DNA from: an uncultured Enterobacterales bacterium
GTDB lineage: Bacteria > Pseudomonadota > Gammaproteobacteria > Enterobacterales > Succinivibrionaceae
Assembly: GCA_964520475.1 (NCBI GenBank)
Contig: CAZFNS010000004.1
Span: forward strand, 12,655 to 76,654
Length of the DNA stretch: 64,000 nucleotides
Direction of reading: 5' to 3'
The position numbers and the translations under genes are program-made. The notes beneath the pieces are model-generated. The model searched no databases. It was given only the letters and a program-made list of their open reading frames with translations, and was not told where the DNA came from. Positions within the stretch are counted from its first letter, which is position 1. Each line of letters begins with the position of its first letter. This document shows positions 9,286 through 19,100 of the stretch, in pieces.

Positions 9286-10224
9286 GCTCATGTCGCCGGC
9301 GCGGACGAGCACGATTTCCCCGTCGTCCGTCTCCAGCCTGAGCGAGCCGTCGGAAGCCACGCCGCGGTCGGTGCCGCGCAGGCGCCTCCGCCCGTCCGAA
9401 AGCACGACCCGCCGGTTCAGGCTGATGTCGAGGGCGCCGAAGAGCTCCGCGAAACCCGCGAGCCCGCTTTCCCGGAAGGCCGCCGCCGTCCGGTCCAGGC
9501 TCCGGCACAGGGCGAGGAGGAGGGCGGCCCGGCCCCGGCCGTCCGCGCCGGCCGCGCGCGTGAAGCCCGGCTCGCGGCCGACGGCTTCCCGGATCCCGGG
9601 GGCGCGGGCGAATTCGGCGGAGGTGTTGAGACCGACGCCCGTGACGGCGAGCACCCCGCCGGGCCGCGCGGCGGTCTCGACGAGGATGCCGGCGGCTTTG
9701 CGCCCGTCCACGTAAACGTCGTTCGGCCACTTGAGGCGGACGTTCTTTTCCCCGGCCCGCGCGAGGGTCCCGGCGACGGCGACCCCGGCGGCTATGCTCA
9801 GCCCGCTCGCCCCGCCCAGGCCGGGGAAAACGGCGGCGTGGCTGAACGTGATCTGGGCGCCGAAGGCGGAAACGAAGGACCGGCCCCGGCGCCCCCGCCC
9901 CGCGGTCTGGAAGTCGGCCGCGACCACCGTGCCCTCGGGGAGGAAGCTTTTCGCGAGCAGGTATTGGTTGGTGGACGCCACGGAATCGAAGTAAATGAGA
10001 TTGGGGCGGGTCTTGAGGAGTTCCCGGTCGTACGGCGCCGGCGCGTAGCGCAGCCGGTACCCGCCGCCGGGCGCGGCGTCGACCGGCAGGCCGTTTTCCG
10101 CGAGGACGCCGGCGATTTCCGCCGCGCTCCCGCTCACGCCGGGAAGCGCCTCCAGTTCGGCCGCGCCGTGGCTCTCCCCGTCGGAAAGGAGCCGCAGGAC
10201 GGCCCGCTCCCCCTCGGTGAACAT
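9265..10224 (-). CDS. birA: Bifunctional biotin-[acetyl-CoA-carboxylase] ligase / bio operon repressor
   Basis: The 568-aa track ORF is an artefactual N-terminal extension into murB. The real protein starts at the ATG at 10224 (MFTEGERAVLRLL...) or at 10254. It has the motif GRGRRGRSF, KWPNDVY and an HTH-like N-terminus. Its 3' end overlaps coaA by 21 nt. Confidence 0.85.
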   Translation of the reverse strand: MFTEGERAVLRLLSDGESHGAAELEALPGVSGSAAEIAGVLAENGLPVDAAPGGGYRLRYAPAPYDRELLKTRPNLIYFDSVASTNQYLLAKSFLPEGTVVAADFQTAGRGRRGRSFVSAFGAQITFSHAAVFPGLGGASGLSIAAGVAVAGTLARAGEKNVRLKWPNDVYVDGRKAAGILVETAARPGGVLAVTGVGLNTSAEFARAPGIREAVGREPGFTRAAGADGRGRAALLLALCRSLDRTAAAFRESGLAGFAELFGALDISLNRRVVLSDGRRRLRGTDRGVASDGSLRLETDDGEIVLVRAGDMSLRPGED

Positions 10225-10241
10225 TTTCGCGCCGCAGACGT

Positions 10242-11255
10242 CTACAACCCGCATTCGCCCGTCCTGCCGTAGATCCTGACTTCCGGCTCCAGTAAGACCC
10301 CGAACTTCGCGAAGACCTTGCCGCGCACGAGCTGCGCGACCAGCACGATTTCCGCCGGCGCGGCGCCGCCGTAGTTCACCACGACGAGCGCCTGCTTCGC
10401 GCTGGTGCCGGCGTTGCCGACGCGCATGCCCCGGCAGCCGGCCCGGTCGATGAGCCAGCCCGCGGCGAGCTTGACTTTGCCGTCCTCTCCGGCGGGATAG
10501 GCGGGGACGGACGGGTACGTCCCGAGCAGCATGTCGTAAACGGCCGCGTCCACGACGGGATTCTTGAAGAAGCTCCCGGCGTTGCCCAGCTCCCGCGGAT
10601 CCGGCAGTCTGTCCCGGCGCAGCGCCGCGATATGGCGGTAAATGTCCCAGGCTTCCGCCCCCTCCAGGCCGGCGAGGCTCTCGTAGCCCAGGTTGGGGGT
10701 CCAGGCTTTGGGGATCTTGAGCTCCACCGCGGTTATGATGTACCGCGCGGCGTTCTCCGGCTTTTTGAAAATGCTGGTCCGGTAGCCGAAGCCGCAGTCG
10801 GCGGCCCCGATCCGGTCCAAGCGGCCGGTCGCGAGATCCAGGACCTCGACGTAGCGGCAGAAATCGGCGAACGAGGCCCCGTACGCCCCGATGTTCTGCA
10901 CCGGGGCCGCGCCGGCCGTGCCGGGAATGAGCGCCAGGTTCTCGAGGCCGCGGATCCCGCGGGCGAGGCACGTCCGGATCGCCTCGTCGAAATCCTCCCC
11001 GGCCTGGATCTTCACGTAGTGGAAGTCCCGGTCCTCGTTGAACTCGAAGCCTTTGAGGGCGTTTATCAGCGCCACGCCCCCGAAGTCTTCGGTGAACAGC
11101 ACGTCCGAGCCCCGGCCGAGCACGAGGAACGGCAGCCCCGAACCGGCGATTTTTTCCAGCGCCGGGGCGAACATGGCGAAATCGCCGATCACGTACCCGT
11201 GCGCCGCCCGCACGTCGAGGCCGAAGGTGTTGTGATTTTTCAGGCTGAAACTCAT
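10242..11255 (-). CDS. murB: UDP-N-acetylenolpyruvoylglucosamine reductase
   Basis: The product is 337 aa, MSFSLKNHNTFGLDV...GRGSDVLF...GAAPVQNIGAYG...AGSFFKNPVV. It is typical MurB. Confidence 0.92.
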   Translation of the reverse strand: MSFSLKNHNTFGLDVRAAHGYVIGDFAMFAPALEKIAGSGLPFLVLGRGSDVLFTEDFGGVALINALKGFEFNEDRDFHYVKIQAGEDFDEAIRTCLARGIRGLENLALIPGTAGAAPVQNIGAYGASFADFCRYVEVLDLATGRLDRIGAADCGFGYRTSIFKKPENAARYIITAVELKIPKAWTPNLGYESLAGLEGAEAWDIYRHIAALRRDRLPDPRELGNAGSFFKNPVVDAAVYDMLLGTYPSVPAYPAGEDGKVKLAAGWLIDRAGCRGMRVGNAGTSAKQALVVVNYGGAAPAEIVLVAQLVRGKVFAKFGVLLEPEVRIYGRTGECGL

Positions 11256-11330
11256 GCGCAGCTTTCTCCGGTAAAAAAGCGGGCGCCGCCGGCCCGGCCG
11301 GCGGCGCGGATTAAAGGCTTCCCGCGGCCG

Positions 11331-12587
11331 TCAGGAGATCCGTTCGATGGATCCGCCCAGGGCCCGGAACTTTTCCTCGATCTTCTCGTAGCCGCGGTCC
11401 ATGTGGTAGATGCGGTCCACCACGGTCGTGCCCTCGGCGATCAGGCCGGCGATGACGAGCGAGGCGCTCGCCCGCAGATCCGTGGCCATGACCTGGGCCC
11501 CGCTGAGCCCGTCGCAGTCGAGGCAGACGGCCCGGTTGCCCTGCAGCTCGATGTTGGCCCCCATCCGGTTCAGCTCGGGCACGTGCATGAACCTGTTCTC
11601 GAAGATCGTCTCGGTGACGATGCCCGTGCCCTTGGCCACGGCGTTGAGCAGGGTGAACTGCGCCTGCATGTCCGTGGGGAAGGCGGGGTACGGGGCGGTG
11701 GTTATGTCCACGGGCCGCAGCGTCCGGCCGCGCATGTCGAGCCTGACGGTGTCCTTCCCGCACTCCACCAGGGCTCCGGCCTCCTCGAGCTTCGCGAGCA
11801 CCGCGTCCAGGGCCGCGGGATCGGTCTTGTGGCAGGTGACGCAGCCGCCGCTCACGGCCGCCGCCACCAGGAACGTCCCGGTCTCGATGCGGTCGGGCTG
11901 GACCGTGTACTCGCCGCCGCGCAGCTTTTCCGCGCCGCGGACGGTGATGACGCCCGTCCCCTCGCCCGCGACGTCGGCGCCGAGGACCCTGAGGAATTTC
12001 ACGAGGTCGGCCACCTCCGGCTCCCGGGCGGCGTTGCCGATGCGGGTCACGCCCCGGGCGAGAACCGCGGCGGCCACCAGGTTTTCCGTGCCGGTCACCG
12101 AGATCATGTCCATGCCGATATGGCAGCCCTTAAGCCCTCCGGGAGCCCTGGCCCTGATGTATCCGCCCGAGATGGAGACCTCCGCGCCCATCTGCCGGAG
12201 GCCCTGGATGTGCAGGTTGACGGGGCGCGCGCCGATGGCGCACCCGCCCGGGAGGGAAACGTCGGCGGCGCCGTTCTTCGCGGTCAGGGGCCCGAGGGCC
12301 AGCACGGACGCCCGCATGGTTTTGACGAGGTCGTACGGAGCCTCGGAGTTGACGGCCCGGCCCCCGATCTCGTAGCCGTCCGGGGCGATTCTCCGGACGG
12401 TTTTGCCGGCGGTCTCCAGCAGCTTGAACGCGGTCCGCACGTCCCTGAGGTCCGGCACGTTGCGCAGGACGGTCTTTTCGTCGGTTAGGATGGTCGAAAG
12501 GATGATGGGGAGCGCGGCGTTCTTGGCCCCGGAGATCACCACGTCTCCGATGAGGGGATTGCCGCCCTGGATCTTAAACTTTTGCAT
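11331..12587 (-). CDS. murA: UDP-N-acetylglucosamine 1-carboxyvinyltransferase
   Basis: The track start is the GTG at 12596. The ATG at 12587 gives [30 protein letters not shown], which aligns with E. coli MDKFRVQG...[12 protein letters not shown]. Confidence 0.95.
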   Translation of the reverse strand: MQKFKIQGGNPLIGDVVISGAKNAALPIILSTILTDEKTVLRNVPDLRDVRTAFKLLETAGKTVRRIAPDGYEIGGRAVNSEAPYDLVKTMRASVLALGPLTAKNGAADVSLPGGCAIGARPVNLHIQGLRQMGAEVSISGGYIRARAPGGLKGCHIGMDMISVTGTENLVAAAVLARGVTRIGNAAREPEVADLVKFLRVLGADVAGEGTGVITVRGAEKLRGGEYTVQPDRIETGTFLVAAAVSGGCVTCHKTDPAALDAVLAKLEEAGALVECGKDTVRLDMRGRTLRPVDITTAPYPAFPTDMQAQFTLLNAVAKGTGIVTETIFENRFMHVPELNRMGANIELQGNRAVCLDCDGLSGAQVMATDLRASASLVIAGLIAEGTTVVDRIYHMDRGYEKIEEKFRALGGSIERIS

Positions 12588-12694
12588 ATCTGGCACGCCT
12601 GACGGGGTATAAGGGAAGGCGGGTCCGCCGGAACGGCCCCGGACGCGGAAACGGGCGGGCCGCGCCCGCCCGGACGGTTCGGCCCGCGCCTTTT

Positions 12695-12723
12695 TTTATA
12701 GCAGATCCGCCCTCTCAAGTCAA
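12695..12723 (-). promoter_or_regulatory. sigma70-type promoter for murA (TTGACT-17 nt-TATAAA)
   Basis: The minus strand reads TTGACT tgagagggcggatctgc TATAAA in the mlaB-murA gap. Confidence 0.5.
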
Positions 12724-12781
12724 CATGAGCGGGGCCGCGGCGGGCGGGCCGCCGGCCCGGGCGGAAAGCCCGCGCGGGGCG

Positions 12782-13057
12782 TCAGGAGCCCTTTTCCTCC
12801 GCGGCGTTGCCGCCGGCCGTTTCCTCGACGGCGAACATGCCGCCGAGCCTGAACAGGGAAATCAGGTTCTTCGCCTCCGCGGGCGGGTTGACGAGCGTGA
12901 GCTTGCGGTGCTTCGCCCAGACCACCAGGAAAGCCACCCCCGCCGAGTCGATTTTGTCGACCGCGCTCATGTCGGCGACGCCGTCGGAAAAAATCTCGGC
13001 GCGCTTCTTCCACAGCCGCTCCACGCGGCCGTAGTCCAAAGATCCTTCCAAAATCAT
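12782..13057 (-). CDS. mlaB: STAS-domain protein MlaB
   Basis: The product is 91 aa with an anti-sigma-antagonist-like pattern (...MSAVDKIDSAGVAFLVVW...). The gene lies immediately after mlaC. Confidence 0.7.
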   Translation of the reverse strand: MILEGSLDYGRVERLWKKRAEIFSDGVADMSAVDKIDSAGVAFLVVWAKHRKLTLVNPPAEAKNLISLFRLGGMFAVEETAGGNAAEEKGS

Positions 13058-13060
13058 CCG

Positions 13061-13732
13061 TCAGTCCTTTTTATCCGGCTCGGCCGGGGCCTGTTTTTTG
13101 GCCGTCGCCCTGACATGCTCGTTCAGCTGCGCGGTCACCGCATCGATGCCCTTGTCGCGGATGAGCCCGCCGAGCTCCGACTGCTTCGCGCTCAGCAGGC
13201 TGATGCCCTCGGCGACCATGTCGTAAATCTTCCACAGGCCGGTCTTGGTGTTTTTGCGCAGTTTGAAAACGACCTCGATGTCCGGGGCCCCTTCCTCCCT
13301 GACCAGCACCTTAATCGAGGTGAATCCCTCGTCGGCGGCGATTTTGCCGGGAGGAACGACCGAGGCGGTCTGCGTGGTGTATTTTTTGAGGGCGTCGGCG
13401 TAGGTCGCGATGATGTACTCGGTGAAGGCGTCCGTGAACCGCGCGCGCTGCTCGGCGTTGGTGTTCTTGAGGTTCTGGTTGATGACCTTGAGGGCCGTGT
13501 ACTTGTTGTCCACGTAGGGCAGCAGCTCGTCCCGGATGATCCCCCGCGACACTTCGGTGTCGCCGAGCTTGCCGCTGTTGGCCTTGATCGCGGCGAAGGT
13601 GTTGTCCGCGAGGACCTGCATCATCTTGTAGGGATCGGACGAGTCCACCGGCTCCCCCGCCGCCGCGCCGGCGGCGCAAAAAAGCAGCGCCGCGGCCGCG
13701 CACGCCGCGAAAAACTTCTTAAGCATTTGCAT
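13061..13732 (-). CDS. mlaC: Phospholipid-binding periplasmic protein MlaC (Ttg2D family)
   Basis: The product is 223 aa with a signal peptide. It shows Ttg2D-like ...ELLPYVDNKYTALKVI...FTDAFTEYIIATYA...WKIYDMVAEGISL. Confidence 0.85.
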   Translation of the reverse strand: MQMLKKFFAACAAAALLFCAAGAAAGEPVDSSDPYKMMQVLADNTFAAIKANSGKLGDTEVSRGIIRDELLPYVDNKYTALKVINQNLKNTNAEQRARFTDAFTEYIIATYADALKKYTTQTASVVPPGKIAADEGFTSIKVLVREEGAPDIEVVFKLRKNTKTGLWKIYDMVAEGISLLSAKQSELGGLIRDKGIDAVTAQLNEHVRATAKKQAPAEPDKKD

Positions 13733-13804
13733 CTCCTGTATTTCCCTGTTTTTTATGTTTATGTTATGTTTCGCGCTCGCCGCGCCGCGGCGGCCCGGGG
13801 AGCG

Positions 13805-14308
13805 TCACTCTCCCGGCTCGGCGGATTTTTCCCCGCCGTCCTTGTTCACGGAGTAAAGGAACTTGCCGATCAGATCCTCGAGGACCACCGCCGAGCCCGT
13901 GTCGTTGATGCGGTCGCCGTCCTTGAGGTAGGTGGTCCCGAGATCCTCGTCGTAGAACCCCGGGGTGATCCCGACGTACTGCTCGCCGATGAGGCCCGCG
14001 GTCAGAATCGCGGCTTTGCTCTCGCTCGAAAGGTTGTCGTACTCCTTGTCGATCTCCATCACCACCACCGGGGTCATCTTTTCCCGGTCGACGTAGATGC
14101 TCTCCACCCTGCCGATGAGCACCCCGCCGATCTTCACCGGGGCCCGGAGCTTCAGGGAGCCGACGTTGTCGAAATAGCCGTACACTTTATAGGTGCTGCC
14201 CTTAAAGTCGAAGGTCAGCCCCGCGACGTTCAGCGCGAGCATGACGCCGCAGAAAATGGCTCCTATCACAAAGCAGCCGACCGTAAATTCAATTTTGCTA
14301 AACTTCAT
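13805..14308 (-). CDS. mlaD: MCE-domain protein MlaD
   Basis: The product is 167 aa. It has an N-terminal TM segment followed by the MCE pattern ...GSLKLRAPVKIGGVLIGRVESI... Confidence 0.85.
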   Translation of the reverse strand: MKFSKIEFTVGCFVIGAIFCGVMLALNVAGLTFDFKGSTYKVYGYFDNVGSLKLRAPVKIGGVLIGRVESIYVDREKMTPVVVMEIDKEYDNLSSESKAAILTAGLIGEQYVGITPGFYDEDLGTTYLKDGDRINDTGSAVVLEDLIGKFLYSVNKDGGEKSAEPGE

Positions 14309-14317
14309 TTCCCATCC

Positions 14318-15097
14318 TCAAAACATTACGGCAGTTAAAACAAAGTCAAGACCGAGAACAGCCAGGGAGGACTGCACCACCGTGCTGGTGGTGGCCTTGC
14401 TGATGCCCACCGAGGTCGGCACCAGATCGTATCCGTTGAAAAGCGCGATCCACGTGACCGTGACCGCGAAGACGACGCTCTTGATGGCGCACATCATCAG
14501 GTCGTCCCAGAAATCTATGTTGCTCTGCATGCCGCTCCAGAAGATGCCGTCGTCGACGCCGAGCCAGTCGACCCCGACCAGCTTGCCGCCGTAGATGCCG
14601 ACGAGCGTAAAGATCACGGTGAGCAGGGGCAGGGATATCACCCCGGCCCAGAAGCGCGGGGCGATCACCCGGCGCAGCGGGTCCACGGCCATCATCTCCA
14701 TGGACGAGAGCTGCTCGGTGGCCTTCTTGAGGCCTATTTCCGCGGTGAGCGCGGAGCCCGCCCGGCCGGCGAAGAGCAGCGCGGCCACCACGGGGCCGAG
14801 CTCCCTGATGATGGCGAGCGCCACCATCTGCCCGAGGGCGCCCTCCGCCATGAAATCGACGAGGATGTTGAACCCCTGCAGCCCGAGGACCATGCCGATG
14901 AAGAGGCCCGACACCACGATGATGCTGACGGACTGCACCCCGACGACGTAGATCTGCCTGATGAGCTGCGGGAAATTCTTCCGGAACTGGGGCTTGCCGA
15001 ACAGGGAATAGCCCAGCATGACGGTCGCGGCGCCTATGGCCGAGATCCTGCGCACGCCCCGCCGCCCGAGGCCCTGGATAATATTCAGTAACATCAT
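14318..15097 (-). CDS. mlaE: Phospholipid ABC transporter permease MlaE
   Basis: The product is a 259-aa polytopic membrane protein. The sequence ...[37 protein letters not shown] is typical MlaE. An ATGA overlaps mlaF. Confidence 0.9.
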   Translation of the reverse strand: MMLLNIIQGLGRRGVRRISAIGAATVMLGYSLFGKPQFRKNFPQLIRQIYVVGVQSVSIIVVSGLFIGMVLGLQGFNILVDFMAEGALGQMVALAIIRELGPVVAALLFAGRAGSALTAEIGLKKATEQLSSMEMMAVDPLRRVIAPRFWAGVISLPLLTVIFTLVGIYGGKLVGVDWLGVDDGIFWSGMQSNIDFWDDLMMCAIKSVVFAVTVTWIALFNGYDLVPTSVGISKATTSTVVQSSLAVLGLDFVLTAVMF

Positions 15098-15882
15098 AAA
15101 TCCTGTAAATAGCCGGTTTCCGCCGGATAGTTGAACGGCACCGGACCGTCGTACTCGCCGTTTATGAACTGCCGGACGCGCGGATCCGGGGAACGCCTCA
15201 GCTCCTCCGGGGTGCCCTCGGCGACGACCTTCGCCCCGGCGAGGATATAGGCGCGGTCGGCGATGCTCAGGATCTCGGCGACGTCGTGGGTCACCACCAC
15301 GGAGGTCAGGCCGAGGGTGCGGTTGAGCACCTTGATGAGCCTGACCAGGACGGCCATGGTGATCGGATCCTGCCCGGTGAACGGCTCGTCGTACATCACC
15401 AGCTCCGGGTCCAGGGCGATCGAGCGCGCGAGCGCCGCCCGGCGCGCCATGCCGCCCGAAAGCTCGTGGGGCATCAGGCGGGCCGCGCCCCGGAGCCCCA
15501 CCGCCTCGAGCTTCATCAGCACGATGTCGCGGATGATCTCCTCGGGCAGTTTGGTGTGCTCCCGCAGGGGATAGGCCACGTTGTCGTACACGTTTATGTC
15601 CGTGAACAGGGCGCCGCTCTGGAAGAGCATGCTCATGCGCCGGCGCAGGCGGTAGAGCTCGGCGCGCCTGAGCCTGTGGACGTCGATGCCGTCGTACGTG
15701 ACGGTGCCGGACTGCGGGGCCAGCTGGCCGCCGATGAGCCGGAGCAGGGTGGTCTTGCCCGTGCCGCTCGGCCCCATGATCGCCGTGATTTTCCCCTTCG
15801 GTATGGTCAGGGTCACATCGCTGTAGATGTTCCTGGCGCCGTACGAAAAGGTAAGATTCTTGATTTCAATCAGATTGCCCAT
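15094..15882 (-). CDS. mlaF: Phospholipid ABC transporter ATPase MlaF
   Basis: The track ORF was trimmed to the ATG at 15882 ([15 protein letters not shown]...). It has Walker [10 protein letters not shown], signature LSGGMARR and Walker B VMYDEP. Confidence 0.9.
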   Translation of the reverse strand: MGNLIEIKNLTFSYGARNIYSDVTLTIPKGKITAIMGPSGTGKTTLLRLIGGQLAPQSGTVTYDGIDVHRLRRAELYRLRRRMSMLFQSGALFTDINVYDNVAYPLREHTKLPEEIIRDIVLMKLEAVGLRGAARLMPHELSGGMARRAALARSIALDPELVMYDEPFTGQDPITMAVLVRLIKVLNRTLGLTSVVVTHDVAEILSIADRAYILAGAKVVAEGTPEELRRSPDPRVRQFINGEYDGPVPFNYPAETGYLQDL

Positions 15883-16165
15883 ATGCCCCCGGTTCTCAAC
15901 CCCCGGCGTCCCTCTCCCGGAGAATCTCCGGCTGAATAATCCGCCGCGTTGTGCTAATATTTTCAAAGCGGCCGGGCCCGGAACGCCGCTCCCCGCGCGG
16001 TACGGATACGCCCAATCCGCCGTATGGGATAATTGTAAAGAATTAATGACGGTTTACCTAAATTTATTTTTCATTTTTTAGAATGCCGTGTCAGTAACTC
16101 CGGGGCGGGCGCCGCCGGGCGGCCGGAACGTTTTTCCGGCGAACTTCTTTAAGGGATCAGGACAG

Positions 16166-19100
16166 ATGAAAACCACAAACCAGGACACCATGAACCGGAC
16201 CGCGGGCGCCGCGGAACTCGAGGCGGAAATTTCCCCCGTTCTGAACTTCGCTCTGTGCCGCCGCGGGCTTCCTCTCGCGAAAAACATAACGGTCGCGGGC
16301 GGCGGCCCGGGGGATCTCACGCTCGAGGTCCGCGCCGGCGGCGGCTCCGGGGAAGTTTCCGCGCGGTGCGCCGCCGCGGTCGCCGCGGACGGCGCGGCCG
16401 CCGTTTCCGGCGTCCCCCTGCCGGAGGACGGCTTCAGGATCTTCCCGCCCGAGAAGGCGGAGACGGCCGGGGTCGGTCTCCGGGTCCTGGCGGCGGACGG
16501 GAAAGAGATCGCCGCCCTGGCCGGGAAAGCCGAAATCCAGCCCTTCGACTTCTGGCCCGGCTACGCCCTCAGCCCCGAGATAATCGCCTCCTTCGTCGTC
16601 CCCGGCGACCCCGGAGCCGCCGAAATAACGGCCCGGGCGGAGAAAATCCTGTCCGGGTCCGCGGGAGGCGGCTTCGACGGCTTCGGGAGCGGCGACCCCG
16701 CCCGCGCCGAAAAGCAGGCCGAGGCGCTGTTCGAGGCCGTCCGGGAGCTCAAAATCGCGGGCTCCCCCGCCCCGTCCGGGTTCGTCGAGCGCGGCCAGCG
16801 CGTCCGCTCCCCGGAGGCGGTCCTGGCCGCCCGGCGGGCGGACAGCCTCGAGGCCGCCTGCCTGTTCGCGTCCCTTCTGGAGCGCGCCGGCCTCAATCCG
16901 GTGGTCGCGTTCACCGACCGCCGGGCGCTCGCGGGATTCCGGACCGCCGACCGGATCCTGCCGGACGCGCTCACGGACAGCCGCCAGAGCGTGACCGGCG
17001 ACGATATCGTTCTCTTCGACGGCCTGGGCGCGGCCGCGGGCGGCGGGGACTTCGCCGCCGCCCGCGGGGAGGCCGCCCGCGCCCTCGCCGGGGAAAGCTT
17101 CGTCATGGCGGCGGACGTGCGCCGGTGCCGGCTCGCGGGCATCCGCCCGCTCCCGCGGCTCGAGGGGAGCGGCGCGGCGGCGAAAATAACCGAGTACGAA
17201 GCCCCCGCCGCGGCCGCCCCGGCCGGGGACGTCCTGGAAAGCGGCATCGCCGCGCGGAACGGCCAGAAGATCACCCGCCTCCAGTCCTGGGAAAACAAGC
17301 TGCTCGACCTCAGCCTGCGCAACCGCCTGCTCAACGTGAAATACGGGCGGGGATGCGTCCCGGTGATCCCCGCCTCGCTCTCCGGGTTCGAGGACAACCT
17401 GGCCTCGGGCGGAACCTGCGTCATAGAGCCGCTCCCGGAAAAGCTCTGCGACCAATGCGCGGCGAACGAGTACCGGGCGGACGCCGAGACCGCCGAGTTC
17501 CTGCGCGGGGAGGCGAAGCCGGACGCGGTGCTGCGCAGCCCCGTGAAAAACCCGGAGGAACTCGGCTCCCTGCTCCAGAAGTTTTACCGGGAGGCGCAGA
17601 ACTCCTACAGCGAAAACGGCTCCAACTCGTTCTTCCTGACCGCCGGCATGCTCAAATGGTACGAGTCGGAAGCCGCCCGCACCCCCAAATACGCCCCGAT
17701 CATCCTGATCCCGGTGGAGCTGTCCCGCAAAAACGTGCGCTCTCCCTTCACGCTGTCCGGGAAAGACGAGGAAAGCATCGTCAACTTCTCCCTGCTCGAG
17801 ATGCTGCGGCAGTTTTTCCGGATTGAAATCACCGGGCTGGATCCCCTGCCGCACGACGAGAAGGGCGTCGACGTGAACCTCATCCTCGCGACCGTGCGGA
17901 ACGCCGTCAAAGACATGCCGAACTGGGAGGTGCTCGAGACCTCGGTCATCGGCAACTTCTCCTTCAGCAAGTTCGTCATGTGGAAGGACCTGACGTCGAA
18001 CGCGGACATCCTGAGCCGAAGCCCCGTGTTCGCGGCGCTGTGCCGCGGCGAGGCCGGGGCCGCCGCGGCTTCCGGGAGCGGGGACGGCGCGGACGGGGAA
18101 CGGTCCGTGGACGGGCGCTTCTCCTACGGCAGGCTCTGCCAGCCCATCATGGCCGACACCAGCCAGATGGACGCCCTGCTCATGTCCGACGCCGGGGAGA
18201 GTTTCGTCCTGCAGGGCCCTCCCGGCACCGGCAAGTCCCAGACCATCACCAACATCATCGTGAACGCGCTCGCCCACAAGAAGAAAGTGCTGTTCGTGGC
18301 CGAAAAGATGGCCGCCCTCAGCGTCGTGCAGCAGCGCCTCGCCAAAATCGGCCTCGATCCCTTCTGCCTGGAACTGCACTCGAACAAGGTCAAGAAGACG
18401 GCCGTGCTCGAACGGCTCGACGCGGCCGTCGCCGCGGATTCGGCCAGCCCGCTCGAGGAATCGGCGAAAATCTGCGCGGAGCTGAACGCCCAGCGCGAGG
18501 AAATCGCCGGGCAGATCGCCGCCATGCACGAAAAAAGGCTGGCGGGTCTCAGCGTGTACGACGCGATGTGCCTGTGCGCCTCCGCGGACGCGGAGCTCCG
18601 GGATCTGGCCGCGGACGCCGGCGCCGCGGAAGGGATGACCGAGGAAAAGCTCAAAACGGCCGGCCTCGCCCTGCGGGAAATCGCCGTGCTGTCCGAGAAC
18701 CGGCGGCTGCTGTCCGAATACCCCCTGCGCTTCGCGCATCCCGCCGGCGCGGGCGGGGCGGCGCCCGAGGATCTCAAGGAATACGCGGGCGCGGCCGGCG
18801 CCTGCCGGGACGCCCTGGCGGCGCTCGGCGCCAAACTCGGTTTCGACGCCGGCAAAGTGACCGCGGGTCCGGGGCTTAAGGCCCTCGCGGATCTCTGCCG
18901 GGCCGCCGGCGCGGAGAACCTCGACGCGGCCCTGATCGCCTCGGGGGCCCTGTCCGGGGAAACGGAGGTCCTCGGCGCCCTGCGGCAAAAGACCGCCCGG
19001 CGGGCGGAACTCGCGGCGGAGCTCGGGGAGAACGCCGCGGACTTAAAGGATCTGGACGTGCACGCCCTGCTTAAGAAATGGGAGCTCGACGACCGGAAGT

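Noticed and set aside
9265-10971. The 568-aa birA ORF in the track might suggest a giant BirA fusion that overlaps murB.
   Set aside because: The first 239 residues are low-complexity Arg/Gly/Pro and lie inside murB in another frame. A normal-length BirA starts at 10224 or 10254, right after the murB stop.
12597-12781. I considered a possible ibaG (bolA-like) gene between mlaB and murA, including the track ORF 12536..12718.
   Set aside because: The gap is too short, and the ORF is Arg/Gly/Pro-rich and overlaps the murA start. The gap is better explained by a murA promoter plus a GC-rich leader.
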